This document shows, piece by piece, positions 8,878 to 18,802 of a stretch of 32,000 nt of DNA (position 1 is the stretch's first letter; every line of letters starts with the position of its first letter). The notes beneath the pieces were generated by a model. That model was not told the DNA's origin and ran no database searches. It saw only the letters and a list, made by a program, of their open reading frames with translations. Location of the stretch: assembly GCA_046497275.1 (NCBI GenBank), contig JAWOFX010000064.1, positions 12,447-44,446 of the forward strand, given 5' to 3'. The DNA is from Promethearchaeia archaeon (lineage in GTDB: Archaea; Asgardarchaeota; Lokiarchaeia; Sigyniarchaeales; SOKP01). The position numbers and the translations under genes are program-made.

Positions 8878-10584
8878 TTGGAAACAGAATATTCTATTCA
8901 TTGGTTATTAGATATCATTAAAAAAATTGAAAAAAGAAACCCAGAAAAAATTACCTTAGCTACGGGGAAGACCCCTTCAGGACATATTCATATTGGAATT
9001 CTAAGAGAGATAATTATATGTGATTCTCTTAGAAGAGTTTTCGAAGAAAAAAATAATGAGGTAAGATCTTATCTTTTTCTTGACAGTTTAGATGCTGCCA
9101 AGCGATTTCCAGAATATATTAAAAAATCATTTCAAAAAAAACATATAGGAAAACCATTTTGTTTTATACCTTGTCCTTTTGATGATTGCGGATGTGAAAG
9201 CTACGCTTTTCATTTTGGAAACGAATTAGTATCAACTTTCAATGATTTTGGTATAGATAATAAAATAATTTGGACTCATGAATTATATAGAACGAATGAG
9301 ATGATAGAAAAAATAAAAATCGCACTTAATAATACTGAAAAAATTAAACAAATTTTAAAAAAATTCATTTTACCAACTTTAGACGAGGAAAAGAAAGATC
9401 AATTCCTTGAAACACAGAAGGATTGGATGCCAGTCATGGCTGTTTGCCGTAAATGTCATAAAATTCAAGCACGTGATAATGATGGAACAATAATTCCAAA
9501 TAGGATTATATCTTATGATAAAAATAATGAACAAATCACTTATAAATGTCCCGCTTGTGGATTTGAAGAGGTTCTCTCTATATATGAAGGAAACCTGAAG
9601 TTAAATTGGAGAGTTGATTGGCCAGCTAAATGGGCTATTTTTAAAACCACTTGTGAACCTGCTGGTAAGGACCATTGTGTCAAAGGAGGATCATATGATA
9701 CTGGTCTTGAAATATGCCAAGATATCTTTGGTTATAAAGGTCCAATTAAGGTTCCTTATGAATGGCTAAGATTAGGAGAAAGAGATATGAAAACATCTAA
9801 GGGTATTGTTTTTACTCCAAAAAATTATTTAAAAATTGCAGATCCAGAAATTTTTAGAACATTAATTTTAAGAACAAATCCAATGAAACATATCTCATTT
9901 AGAATTGAGGAACTTCCTCAATATCATGATTATTTTGAAAAAATGGAAAATATTTATTATTCTTTGGAAGAGGCTGAATCCAAAGAAGAAGTGGATTATT
10001 ATAATTTTATGTATCCTCTAACTAAAATTGATGAAATCCCCAAAGAGAAAAAAAACAGATTATCATTTAATTTATTAATCTTTTTATCTCAAATTCAAAA
10101 TATTTTAAGTTTTGATAAAATTTATGAAAAAGCTAAAGAAATAATGATTGAAAATAAATTTGAAAATATTATAAATAAAAACCAATTCAAAAAATTACTT
10201 GAGAAAACAAAAAATTGGATCGAAGAAATAAAAAAAATAATAGAAGAGGAACAAGACAAAAAAACCAAGAGAAGAATTCAACAAAAAATTACTCTCTTTT
10301 CAATTCCAGAAGAAATTAGTTTGGATTTGAAAAAACAATTAGAAGAGAATCAAAAAAAAGGAATTAAATATTTGAGAGAATATTTATTACAAACTGAGGA
10401 TTTAGATGCTGATAAAATTCAAAATAAAATATTTTCTATTGCGAAGGATCAATTAAATATGCCCCCAAAAAAACTATTTCAAGCTATTTATAAAATCTTA
10501 ATAGGCAAAAAGTATGGACCAAGATTGGGGCCATTTTTGAAAATGCTTGACAAAGATTGGTTGATCGAGAGATTAAACATTTAA
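8878..10584 (+). CDS. lysS: Lysyl-tRNA synthetase, class I
   Basis: TPSGHIHIG, KLNWRVDWPAKW, EPAGKDH and MKTSKG; TTG start after GTGGTGA. Confidence 0.97.
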   Translation: METEYSIHWLLDIIKKIEKRNPEKITLATGKTPSGHIHIGILREIIICDSLRRVFEEKNNEVRSYLFLDSLDAAKRFPEYIKKSFQKKHIGKPFCFIPCPFDDCGCESYAFHFGNELVSTFNDFGIDNKIIWTHELYRTNEMIEKIKIALNNTEKIKQILKKFILPTLDEEKKDQFLETQKDWMPVMAVCRKCHKIQARDNDGTIIPNRIISYDKNNEQITYKCPACGFEEVLSIYEGNLKLNWRVDWPAKWAIFKTTCEPAGKDHCVKGGSYDTGLEICQDIFGYKGPIKVPYEWLRLGERDMKTSKGIVFTPKNYLKIADPEIFRTLILRTNPMKHISFRIEELPQYHDYFEKMENIYYSLEEAESKEEVDYYNFMYPLTKIDEIPKEKKNRLSFNLLIFLSQIQNILSFDKIYEKAKEIMIENKFENIINKNQFKKLLEKTKNWIEEIKKIIEEEQDKKTKRRIQQKITLFSIPEEISLDLKKQLEENQKKGIKYLREYLLQTEDLDADKIQNKIFSIAKDQLNMPPKKLFQAIYKILIGKKYGPRLGPFLKMLDKDWLIERLNI

Positions 10585-10781
10585 TCTTGTTTTTTCTTTC
10601 TGGTGAAAATACTTTTCATTTTATTAATCAATCCTTTTTTCTTTTTCTCTTCTTGTAAAACATTGTAGCATTCAGGGCAAAATGTGTATGACTCTTTAAT
10701 CATTTTTCCACATTTTTTACAATGTTTATGTGGATAAATATAACTTTCAGTTTTTTTATCATATCTTTCAAATTTACTCAA
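10581..10781 (-). CDS. Small Zn-ribbon protein (DUF2116-like)
   Basis: PHKHCKKCG...FCPEC; GGTGA SD before the TTG start. Confidence 0.75.
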   Translation of the reverse strand: MSKFERYDKKTESYIYPHKHCKKCGKMIKESYTFCPECYNVLQEEKKKKGLINKMKSIFTRKKKQD

Positions 10782-10823
10782 AAGCTATCACCTAAGATGA
10801 TAATAAGTATAGGAATTGATTTT

Positions 10824-12098
10824 TTAAATCTTTTTCACTCCACTTTTATTTATTTTAATCTTGAAAAATTGAGCATTTCGAAGTTCATCAATTATTTCTA
10901 AAGGATAATTGGGAAACTGAGACTTGAATCTTTGATCATCATATAAGATATCTTCCAAACTTTTTTTCCAATAATTAAATATTTGTTCCAATTTATCGGG
11001 ATTCACTAAAGCAAAAACAGATCCACCGCCGCCTGCGCCAGTAAGCTTCGCTGAATATACTTCAGGATGTTTTTGAATTAAATCTATTAAAATATTATTT
11101 GCCAAACCTATACCATATTTGAATCCAGCTCTTTCCATTATATCATTCATTATTTTTGTATTTTCTTTAAAAAATTGTCCTAATCTCTCCCAATTCTTTT
11201 CCATTATCGCAAACCGGGATTTCCATGCGATTTGTGCTAATTTTTCATAATTTTTTATGAGATTTTCATTATTAGATAAATATAGATCTCTTAATTTCTT
11301 ATGAACATTTCCACTTTCATGGATGGACCCAGAAAAACAAATAATGATCGGTAATGAGTTTATTTCGTAAATACCATCAATTCTATCATAGACAGCTAAA
11401 GGCTCATGTTTTATCTTTTTATGATATAATTTTCCGTTATAAGAGCAGAAAGATAGTCCTCCTCTGGAAATCACATAACGATCACTATAACCCGCTGTAA
11501 TCTTGAGATCTTTATCTTCAACTTTAGTACATATTTCCGCTAACGTATCTTTATTTATTGGTATATCTTTTTCTTTTAATCCATTCAATTTATTAATAAA
11601 ATTATAATATTTCGCAAGACCATATAAAAATGCAAGAATAATGGCAGAACTTCCACCTAAACCACTTTGACGAGGAATTGTCGATAAAATTCCCACTTCA
11701 AAATGATTATTTTTAATAGTTTCCCAAAATGATGAATTTGATAAAGAAATTCTATACAAAGTAGCGTAGATTAATTTTAAATCCTTAGTAAAATCCTCTT
11801 TAATTTTGTCTATGTCTTTGATCAAATCTTCAGCTTTAATGAGATTTAAGCTGAATTTGTTATTTTCTTCCAATTTATTTTCTAAAAATTCATAAATTTT
11901 AATTTTACTCTTATCGGTTCTTTCTTTAATATATAAAAAAACAGATAAAGGATTATACTTCCCTTCAATTGCTACGGCAGGCATCCAATAATCTGCCTCA
12001 ACAGCATCTAAAGGATTAATTAAGTTAATTCTAGCAGGTGCTTGAACAATTAAATCGGCTTTCAAATTCCTAAATGAATTTATTATAAAGCGATACAT
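10824..12098 (-). CDS. GHMP-family sugar kinase (glucuronokinase/HddA-like)
   Basis: PRQSGLGGSSA (motif II), AKLTGAGGGG (motif III) and N-terminal PARINLINPLD. Confidence 0.85.
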   Translation of the reverse strand: MYRFIINSFRNLKADLIVQAPARINLINPLDAVEADYWMPAVAIEGKYNPLSVFLYIKERTDKSKIKIYEFLENKLEENNKFSLNLIKAEDLIKDIDKIKEDFTKDLKLIYATLYRISLSNSSFWETIKNNHFEVGILSTIPRQSGLGGSSAIILAFLYGLAKYYNFINKLNGLKEKDIPINKDTLAEICTKVEDKDLKITAGYSDRYVISRGGLSFCSYNGKLYHKKIKHEPLAVYDRIDGIYEINSLPIIICFSGSIHESGNVHKKLRDLYLSNNENLIKNYEKLAQIAWKSRFAIMEKNWERLGQFFKENTKIMNDIMERAGFKYGIGLANNILIDLIQKHPEVYSAKLTGAGGGGSVFALVNPDKLEQIFNYWKKSLEDILYDDQRFKSQFPNYPLEIIDELRNAQFFKIKINKSGVKKI

Positions 12099-12180
12099 AT
12101 AATTTTAGAACCATTTATTGCAATTATTTATAAAGATGAAAAATAAACGCAATTTATAAATATAAATATAAAAAAAAAAT

Positions 12181-12798
12181 GTGCTACAGAAAAATTCTTC
12201 AGATAAAAATTATAGGTTCTATTTGGGTTTAATTTTAATCTTATTGATAATATTTCTACCTTTTTTAATATTTAAAAAATCATTATTTGTAATTTCAATC
12301 AATTCTATGAGTCCTACATTGAATATTGGTGATTTAGTTATTGTGTCTCCAAAAGATCCAGATAATATTTTTGCAGAAGAAAATTCAGGTAATATTTTAG
12401 TTATAAAGGGACCAGAATATTATTATAAAATGGGATTTGATCCATCTTTTTGGAATTTCCTTGATAATAATACTCCCATTATCCATAGAGCTATAGATAA
12501 AAGAAAAATAAATGAAACTTGGTACTTTTTAACTAAAGGTGATAATAATAAAGCACCTGATGGATCTTATTCTTATATAAATAAATCTGAGGATTATCTT
12601 TTAATCGAACTTAATTATTCAAATGGAATATTCATACCAGAAAATGAAATATTAGGAATAGTATTGTTTAAAATTCCTTTAATTGGATTCTTAAATCTAT
12701 ATTTCTTGCCTTTAAGTATATTGCTGAGTATATTTTTTTTAATATATTTAATATTTAAATTCAATAAGATTAAAATAAAAATCATCAAGGAGAGATAG
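12181..12798 (+). CDS. Signal peptidase I, Sec11-type (S26B)
   Basis: SMSPTLNIGDLV, PIIHRAI and TKGDNN motifs; N- and C-terminal TM helices. Confidence 0.9.
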   Translation: MLQKNSSDKNYRFYLGLILILLIIFLPFLIFKKSLFVISINSMSPTLNIGDLVIVSPKDPDNIFAEENSGNILVIKGPEYYYKMGFDPSFWNFLDNNTPIIHRAIDKRKINETWYFLTKGDNNKAPDGSYSYINKSEDYLLIELNYSNGIFIPENEILGIVLFKIPLIGFLNLYFLPLSILLSIFFLIYLIFKFNKIKIKIIKER

Positions 12799-12855
12799 TC
12801 TAAATAATAACCATAAAGCAAGTATTTAAAAAATTATATAGATAAAAATAAACCT

Positions 12856-13944
12856 ATGACTAAGAAAGGAAAGTTTCGGATATTATCTTATTTAATAGAA
12901 GATGAATTGATTTTCTATAGAAGCTTAAATAATAGTAAGAAGATAATTGCTTTCACCTTATTAGAAATTAAAGATCATAATTTAATTCTGCCAAAACTTT
13001 TTGAATTTTTAATAGAAGAATCAATTAGTTATTTTTCATTTCAATTCAATAAAACCAATGAACTTTTGCTATTGATCTGTATAGAAAATGATAAACGAGG
13101 GAACATAAAAAACCTTTTTATGATAATTAAAGAAAAGTTAAACTTTCAAAATTCTATTAAAATACTGAAAAATAATGAATTAGAAGATCGTTTTTTAAAA
13201 ATATTTAACAATAAATTAAAATTTAATTCCAAGTTAAAAAAGCAAGAAAATGAAATAACTTTTCAAGAGAATAAACAAAATTTCAAAATTAATTATTTTA
13301 AGATTAATTTAGATTCTATAACAAAAAAAAAATTATTCATCAATAGTTTTTTTAAAGTTCTGGAAGATTTTAGCCAAGGAGGCACTCTTATTTTTAGTTT
13401 TAAAATTAATAAAAATTATCAATTAGTATTAGCCTGCTATTTAATTAATATCATAAAAAATGAAGAATTAAATAATTTTTTTTGTGAAGAGATGAACAAT
13501 TTTTATGGAGATAAATTACTAACTAAAATAACCTTAAATATAAGCGATCTCGGAAACATTTTATGGAGATTACCAATTGAAAAATCTTATCTGTTTTACG
13601 CAGATTTTTCAGAAATTTTTGAAAAGTACTATCCATCGAAAATTCTAAATTATATCAATCATTTGGAGGAGAAACTATTGGAAATGAAGACTTCCTTTAT
13701 TAAATTAAACCAAAATATGTTAATCATTAAAAGAAAAATATTATTCATTATTAATCTCAAAGTTGACTTGAATTATCTTAAAAAACTAATTGATAGATAC
13801 TATTCAAAATACTATATTTATTTAGTAATTATTAATCAAAGAGAATATCAGAGATTATCAAAAGTTAAGAAAATAAATATGTTAAATGGACTTAAGATAA
13901 TGAATAAATCAGAGTTCAGTGATTTTAAATTTAATTTTAATTAA
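12856..13944 (+). CDS. Hypothetical protein
   Basis: 362-aa uninterrupted ORF in very AT-rich DNA; no recognised motif. Confidence 0.75.
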   Translation: MTKKGKFRILSYLIEDELIFYRSLNNSKKIIAFTLLEIKDHNLILPKLFEFLIEESISYFSFQFNKTNELLLLICIENDKRGNIKNLFMIIKEKLNFQNSIKILKNNELEDRFLKIFNNKLKFNSKLKKQENEITFQENKQNFKINYFKINLDSITKKKLFINSFFKVLEDFSQGGTLIFSFKINKNYQLVLACYLINIIKNEELNNFFCEEMNNFYGDKLLTKITLNISDLGNILWRLPIEKSYLFYADFSEIFEKYYPSKILNYINHLEEKLLEMKTSFIKLNQNMLIIKRKILFIINLKVDLNYLKKLIDRYYSKYYIYLVIINQREYQRLSKVKKINMLNGLKIMNKSEFSDFKFNFN

Positions 13945-14204
13945 AATATTCCTAAATCAATAGCAATATCTTGGGCAGAATAATCTGGATGTAATTTAAT
14001 AAATGCCTTCTTTTGTCCTTTTGGAGTTATCAAGGTATTTACTTTTAATACTTTTACATTGTAAATTTTTTCAATAGCTCTCTTAATTTGACTTTTATTT
14101 GATAATTTGTCTACAATTAAAACGAGTTTATTTTCTCTTTCTATGAGATCAAATGTTTTTTCTGTTATTAAAGGTCTTTTAATTATTTTATAAAATCTTT
14201 CCAT
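13941..14204 (-). CDS. rpl23: 50S ribosomal protein uL23
   Basis: [23 protein letters not shown] and KKAFIKL motifs. Confidence 0.97.
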   Translation of the reverse strand: MERFYKIIKRPLITEKTFDLIERENKLVLIVDKLSNKSQIKRAIEKIYNVKVLKVNTLITPKGQKKAFIKLHPDYSAQDIAIDLGIF

Positions 14205-14207
14205 GTT

Positions 14208-14999
14208 TTAAATCAACTCATCATATTTTTTTAATTCATCAAATGCTGATTGGGTCCAAATTACTAATCTCCCAGATAAACCTCCTGGTGCTAAATCATT
14301 AATTGATAAATTTTCTATTTTAATAACATTAATACCGGGAATATTTCTTGCTGCTTTATAAATTCCAAAATCATCCTTGATTATAATTAAAAAACTACTT
14401 TTTTTTTTATATTTTCGTCCTCTTCTTTTGCCCTTACCTGATCTAATTTTTTTACTTTTCTTCTTTACTCTTTCCATTTCATCTTTAAAACCAAGTTCAT
14501 TTAGTTTTGAGTAAATTTCTTGAGTTTTTTTAATAGTCTGTATTTTATCATCAATAACAAATGGAATTTCTGGAATATTATCTATTATGTGCCCTCGCAT
14601 TTCAATCCATTTTTGATTGGCACTAGCAGCAATAGCTGAAATTAATGAAATTTTATTTGATTTTTTATTTATTTTTTTTTCTCTTCCTATATTTGATTTT
14701 ATTGGGTGAGATTGTCTTCCTCCTCTCGCAAATGGTACTTTACCGACATTTCTAGCTGTTGGAAACCCAGACCCCTTTATCCTAGGTGCCCTTGACATTC
14801 CATGTCCAGTCCCCCAACCTTCCGCAGTATTTCTTAATCCAGCTCTATTATCTCTTCCTTGAGGCTGAACTTGTTTACTTTGAGTCACTTCTGTAGCTTG
14901 ATAAATCAAATCTTTCCGAGGCTTCGTCTGAAAAACCTTTGGTAAATCAATTGCTTCCTTCTTATTTCCATCCAAATCATATACATTAATTTTTTGCAT
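14208..14999 (-). CDS. rpl4: 50S ribosomal protein uL4 (L4e)
   Basis: AEGWGTGHGMSRAPR, PFARGGR and LAPGGLSGRLVIWT motifs. Confidence 0.97.
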   Translation of the reverse strand: MQKINVYDLDGNKKEAIDLPKVFQTKPRKDLIYQATEVTQSKQVQPQGRDNRAGLRNTAEGWGTGHGMSRAPRIKGSGFPTARNVGKVPFARGGRQSHPIKSNIGREKKINKKSNKISLISAIAASANQKWIEMRGHIIDNIPEIPFVIDDKIQTIKKTQEIYSKLNELGFKDEMERVKKKSKKIRSGKGKRRGRKYKKKSSFLIIIKDDFGIYKAARNIPGINVIKIENLSINDLAPGGLSGRLVIWTQSAFDELKKYDELI

Positions 15000-15010
15000 C
15001 TTTTCCTCCT

Positions 15011-16030
15011 CTATTTACGTTGTTGACTTTCACGATTAATAAATGTTATCTCTGGAGATTTAAGACTAAAATTTTTGATTGGTCTAATTGTTTTTCTTAA
15101 TCTTATTAATCTTTTCTTTGGACCTGGAACAGATCCCAAAAGTAGTAAATAATCTCCACTGATTTTACCATAATTTATAAATCCCCCTTTAGGATTGATC
15201 TCCTCTTCATTCTCACCAATTAGCATTATTCTTTTATGATATTCAGTCCTCTGATGATATCCTAATTGTCCAGGGCGAGGAACAGTATACCTTACTCTTG
15301 CTGGATGCCATGGACCGATACATGCTACTGCCCTTCTTATCTTACTATTCTTCCTTGTAAGGAGCCTTATCCCGTGTCTCTTTACTGGCCCTTGAAAACC
15401 CTTTCCTTTTGTAACAGCTATAACATCTACTACTTCCCCCTCTATGAATACATCACGCGCCCGAACTTCTTTTCCTAATAGTTCTAAAGCAAAATTGAAT
15501 TCCTTATTAGGATCTCCAATTGAATTTAATTTTATTTCTATAATATCAGGTTTTTTTCTTGGTAATGACACTTGATATGGTTGAGATTGAAATATTCCTC
15601 TAATTTCACTTGATTGATCAATTTCCTCTAAAATTTCCTCTTTAGATTTTTGAATATCATAATTTTCAGAATTTGGAGGATTAATTTTACGAAATAAATT
15701 TTCATCTATTGTCGTTGAAAAAACTTCCCCCACAACATATTTTCCATAATCATCTTCGTTATATACTCTTATTCCAATAAGGAATAAAGGAGGTACTTCG
15801 ATAATTGTTACTGGTTTCATAAGCTCTTTTCCAAAATAAGGGCTATTTTCTTGATCCTCAATATATGTAATATGTGTCATTCCTGCCTTGAAACCTGCAA
15901 AACCAAGAAAAATTAGATCATCATTCGTATCTAACCAATTCCTAATTCTTCCTTTTATATTTGCGGCTCTTTTCCTTGGAATATATGCCAATGAACCATG
16001 TCTCGGTGCACTCTTTTTACGATGAGCCAT
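15011..16030 (-). CDS. rpl3: 50S ribosomal protein uL3
   Basis: PRHGSLAYIPRKR, GFKAGMTH, KGKGFQGPVKRHG and GQLGYHQRTE. Start placed at MAHRK. Confidence 0.97.
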   Translation of the reverse strand: MAHRKKSAPRHGSLAYIPRKRAANIKGRIRNWLDTNDDLIFLGFAGFKAGMTHITYIEDQENSPYFGKELMKPVTIIEVPPLFLIGIRVYNEDDYGKYVVGEVFSTTIDENLFRKINPPNSENYDIQKSKEEILEEIDQSSEIRGIFQSQPYQVSLPRKKPDIIEIKLNSIGDPNKEFNFALELLGKEVRARDVFIEGEVVDVIAVTKGKGFQGPVKRHGIRLLTRKNSKIRRAVACIGPWHPARVRYTVPRPGQLGYHQRTEYHKRIMLIGENEEEINPKGGFINYGKISGDYLLLLGSVPGPKKRLIRLRKTIRPIKNFSLKSPEITFINRESQQRK

Positions 16031-16193
16031 TGCTTTCACTAATCTTTTAAACTAAAAAATATTCTAAATTAAATAAATTTTTTGCTAAAACACCTTCTTA
16101 TGCCATTTTTTATATTCATAATGTCTCTATTTAACATCGATAACTTTAAAAATTTCCTTCGTAGTTTAATACTTTTCTTTTTGATATTTTAAT

Positions 16194-18335
16194 ATGATTC
16201 CAAAATCTAAAAAAACTACGAAAAGGCGAATTTCAGAACTTATTTCTTTAAATAATAAAGTTTTAAATATCTTTTGTGACAAATGTCCAAAAATAACAGA
16301 GACTTTTCTTAATGATAATTGCATTAACTGCATTTTCGAAAACTATAATAAATTTCAAAAAAAAGAAATAAAATCTATTTATTTGAATTCTTTTGATTTT
16401 TTAATAGATCGTGAGATTATAATATATTTTGAAAATTATAAAATTCTCATAAATGAGTTAAAAAGTATATTAAAGAATTTATTAAATTTTAAAACTCAGT
16501 GCAATTATAAGGATTTCAAGTGTAATATATTCATTGGATTGGAATCTCTTCTAAAAATGATAAAAAACATTCATAATCCAATTATTGTTTATAAGGAAAT
16601 TATTAAATATGAATCTGAAATCAATCATCTTGAGATTAAGAATTATTGTAAGGAATGCTTTCAAAAAATTAAAACTAATATTAGTTTGATTAAGAAAAAA
16701 ATAGCAAAATTAGAAGTAATTAAAAAATATAAGAATTACAGTTTGAAAAAGGATCTTTATGCAGAATGCAATAATTTTTATGATTTTTTATTCACTAAAT
16801 TGGTTAAATCGACAGATATCAAATCAAAAAAATCGGTAAAAGATGTAAATAAAAAATTAATTCAAAACTATAAAATTCAAAAATATGGCATTTACAAAAT
16901 TTTTATTTATGAACTTGAAAATGAAATCGAAAAAAGATATGTTTATAAAAAATATTACAAAGAAACAATAAATCAAGATTACTTCAATAAAATCTTAATT
17001 TATACATATGAAAATTTAGAGTTAATAAGGTTGAATCAAATCGTATCTATTGAAAATTTAATAAATTCATACTATTTTAAAGCGATAAAAAAAATCGATG
17101 AAAAATTTAAGATTTCGAATAATGATAAAAAAAAGATAGCCTTATTAGTTGCGATAAAGATTCTAAACCTCAATAAGATCTTTGCTCTGCTATTAGACGA
17201 TTATATAGAGGAAATCTTTCTAGACTCTCCCTATGATAAAATATATATAAATCATAAAATCTTTGGGAGATGCAGAACATTAATAGATTTTACTGGAAAT
17301 GAAATTGAAAGAATTAAAACATTTCTTAGATTATATAGTGGGAAGAGACTTGATTATTCTAATCCAAACATAAAATTTGTGCTTAGCAATAAATTTTTTT
17401 ATTGTAGATTTGCTTGTGATATTGCACCCATAAATTTTAATAATTTTTCACTTGACATAAGAAAATTAAACAAAAACATTTTTACAATCCAAGATCTTTT
17501 ATGTAACAAGACACTTAGTCCTAAAATTGCCTCTTTTCTCTATTATTGTATATTAAAAAAAATAAACATAACTGTTACGGGGAAAACGGACTCAGGTAAA
17601 ACCACACTAATAAATTCTTTAGATTTATTAACACCGAAAGAATTTAGGAAAATATATATCGAAAATGCAATCGAATCTCTTGATCAATATCATCTTGGAA
17701 AACATCAATTAAAATTTGAGGTTGACAGCTTATCTGAAGAAAATGATATAAATAAAAAGAAAAGTGGTCAAATTAAAAAATTATTGCATAGAACACCAGA
17801 TATAATTTATTTGGGAGAGATTTTAACTCAAGAAGAATGTCATGCTATGTTTCATTGTTTAACAGTCGGATTAAAAGGATTTCAAACCATTCATTCTAAT
17901 GGTATAGACTCATTAATTAATAGGTTTCTTTTTCATTTTCAGGTTGAAAAAGAATGTTTAAATGATTTAGATATAATCATTCTTATGGGGAAAGATAATA
18001 ATAATCGGCGGAAAATATTATCAATCAATCAAGTTTATATCCTTGATAATAAAATTATCAATCAACCAATATTTCGTTATAATTCAGAATCTGATTCTTG
18101 GATTCAGTTAAAATCATTGTTTAATTTAAAATGTGTTGAGAAAGTTAATGAATTTGAAAATATTAGTAAAGAAAATTTCGATTTTTTTATAAAAACTTAT
18201 GAAGATTTCTTTGAACATTTGAAAAAAAGTGAAAAGAGACTAGTATTTAATCTTGTAAAATTTTTTGATAAAATTTCCTTTCTATCAAAATTAGGGTTAA
18301 AAAATTTGGCCAATTTTAGAGATTCTATAATATAA
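16194..18335 (+). CDS. Type II/IV secretion/pilus ATPase (TadA/PilB/VirB11 family) with Cys-rich N-terminal extension
   Basis: Walker A GKTDSGKTT, Asp-box-like IENAIE, Walker B RTPDIIYLGE, His box TIHSN, and DDYIEEIFLD. Confidence 0.9.
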   Translation: MIPKSKKTTKRRISELISLNNKVLNIFCDKCPKITETFLNDNCINCIFENYNKFQKKEIKSIYLNSFDFLIDREIIIYFENYKILINELKSILKNLLNFKTQCNYKDFKCNIFIGLESLLKMIKNIHNPIIVYKEIIKYESEINHLEIKNYCKECFQKIKTNISLIKKKIAKLEVIKKYKNYSLKKDLYAECNNFYDFLFTKLVKSTDIKSKKSVKDVNKKLIQNYKIQKYGIYKIFIYELENEIEKRYVYKKYYKETINQDYFNKILIYTYENLELIRLNQIVSIENLINSYYFKAIKKIDEKFKISNNDKKKIALLVAIKILNLNKIFALLLDDYIEEIFLDSPYDKIYINHKIFGRCRTLIDFTGNEIERIKTFLRLYSGKRLDYSNPNIKFVLSNKFFYCRFACDIAPINFNNFSLDIRKLNKNIFTIQDLLCNKTLSPKIASFLYYCILKKINITVTGKTDSGKTTLINSLDLLTPKEFRKIYIENAIESLDQYHLGKHQLKFEVDSLSEENDINKKKSGQIKKLLHRTPDIIYLGEILTQEECHAMFHCLTVGLKGFQTIHSNGIDSLINRFLFHFQVEKECLNDLDIIILMGKDNNNRRKILSINQVYILDNKIINQPIFRYNSESDSWIQLKSLFNLKCVEKVNEFENISKENFDFFIKTYEDFFEHLKKSEKRLVFNLVKFFDKISFLSKLGLKNLANFRDSII

Positions 18336-18387
18336 GCTTAAACCAAAAAATTGAGTAATTTAAAACTATAGAATTAAAAAGATATTT

Positions 18388-18798
18388 GTGACTAATTTAA
18401 TAGAAAAAATATTAATTACAGGATTTGGGATCTTATTGCTAATCTCATTTCTGACAATAATTAATCCATTTATTGATCTTTTTGCTAGATATGATTTTTA
18501 TCAAGAAAAATATGAAAAAACAATCGATAATATAAATTTAATAGACTCATCAATTAGGTATTCTATTAACCAAAATAGGAATTACTGCCAGGAAATATCT
18601 ATTTATCAGGATCTAAACGTTTCTATTGAAAAAATTCAGATAAAGTATGAATTTTTCATTAATAAAATAGATAATCTAGTTTTAACCTATGATAGAAAGA
18701 TGATTGATGGATTCTATTTATTACATTCTCAGAGCAATTACCTACTTAATATTACTTTTTTAACTTCCATATTAATAAAATTCCAAATTTTGGAATGA
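18388..18798 (+). CDS. Single-pass membrane protein, candidate minor pilin
   Basis: GTG start; MTNLIEK followed by a hydrophobic helix; lies between the ATPase and platform genes. Confidence 0.7.
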   Translation: MTNLIEKILITGFGILLLISFLTIINPFIDLFARYDFYQEKYEKTIDNINLIDSSIRYSINQNRNYCQEISIYQDLNVSIEKIQIKYEFFINKIDNLVLTYDRKMIDGFYLLHSQSNYLLNITFLTSILIKFQILE

Positions 18799-18802
18799 TC
18801 CT

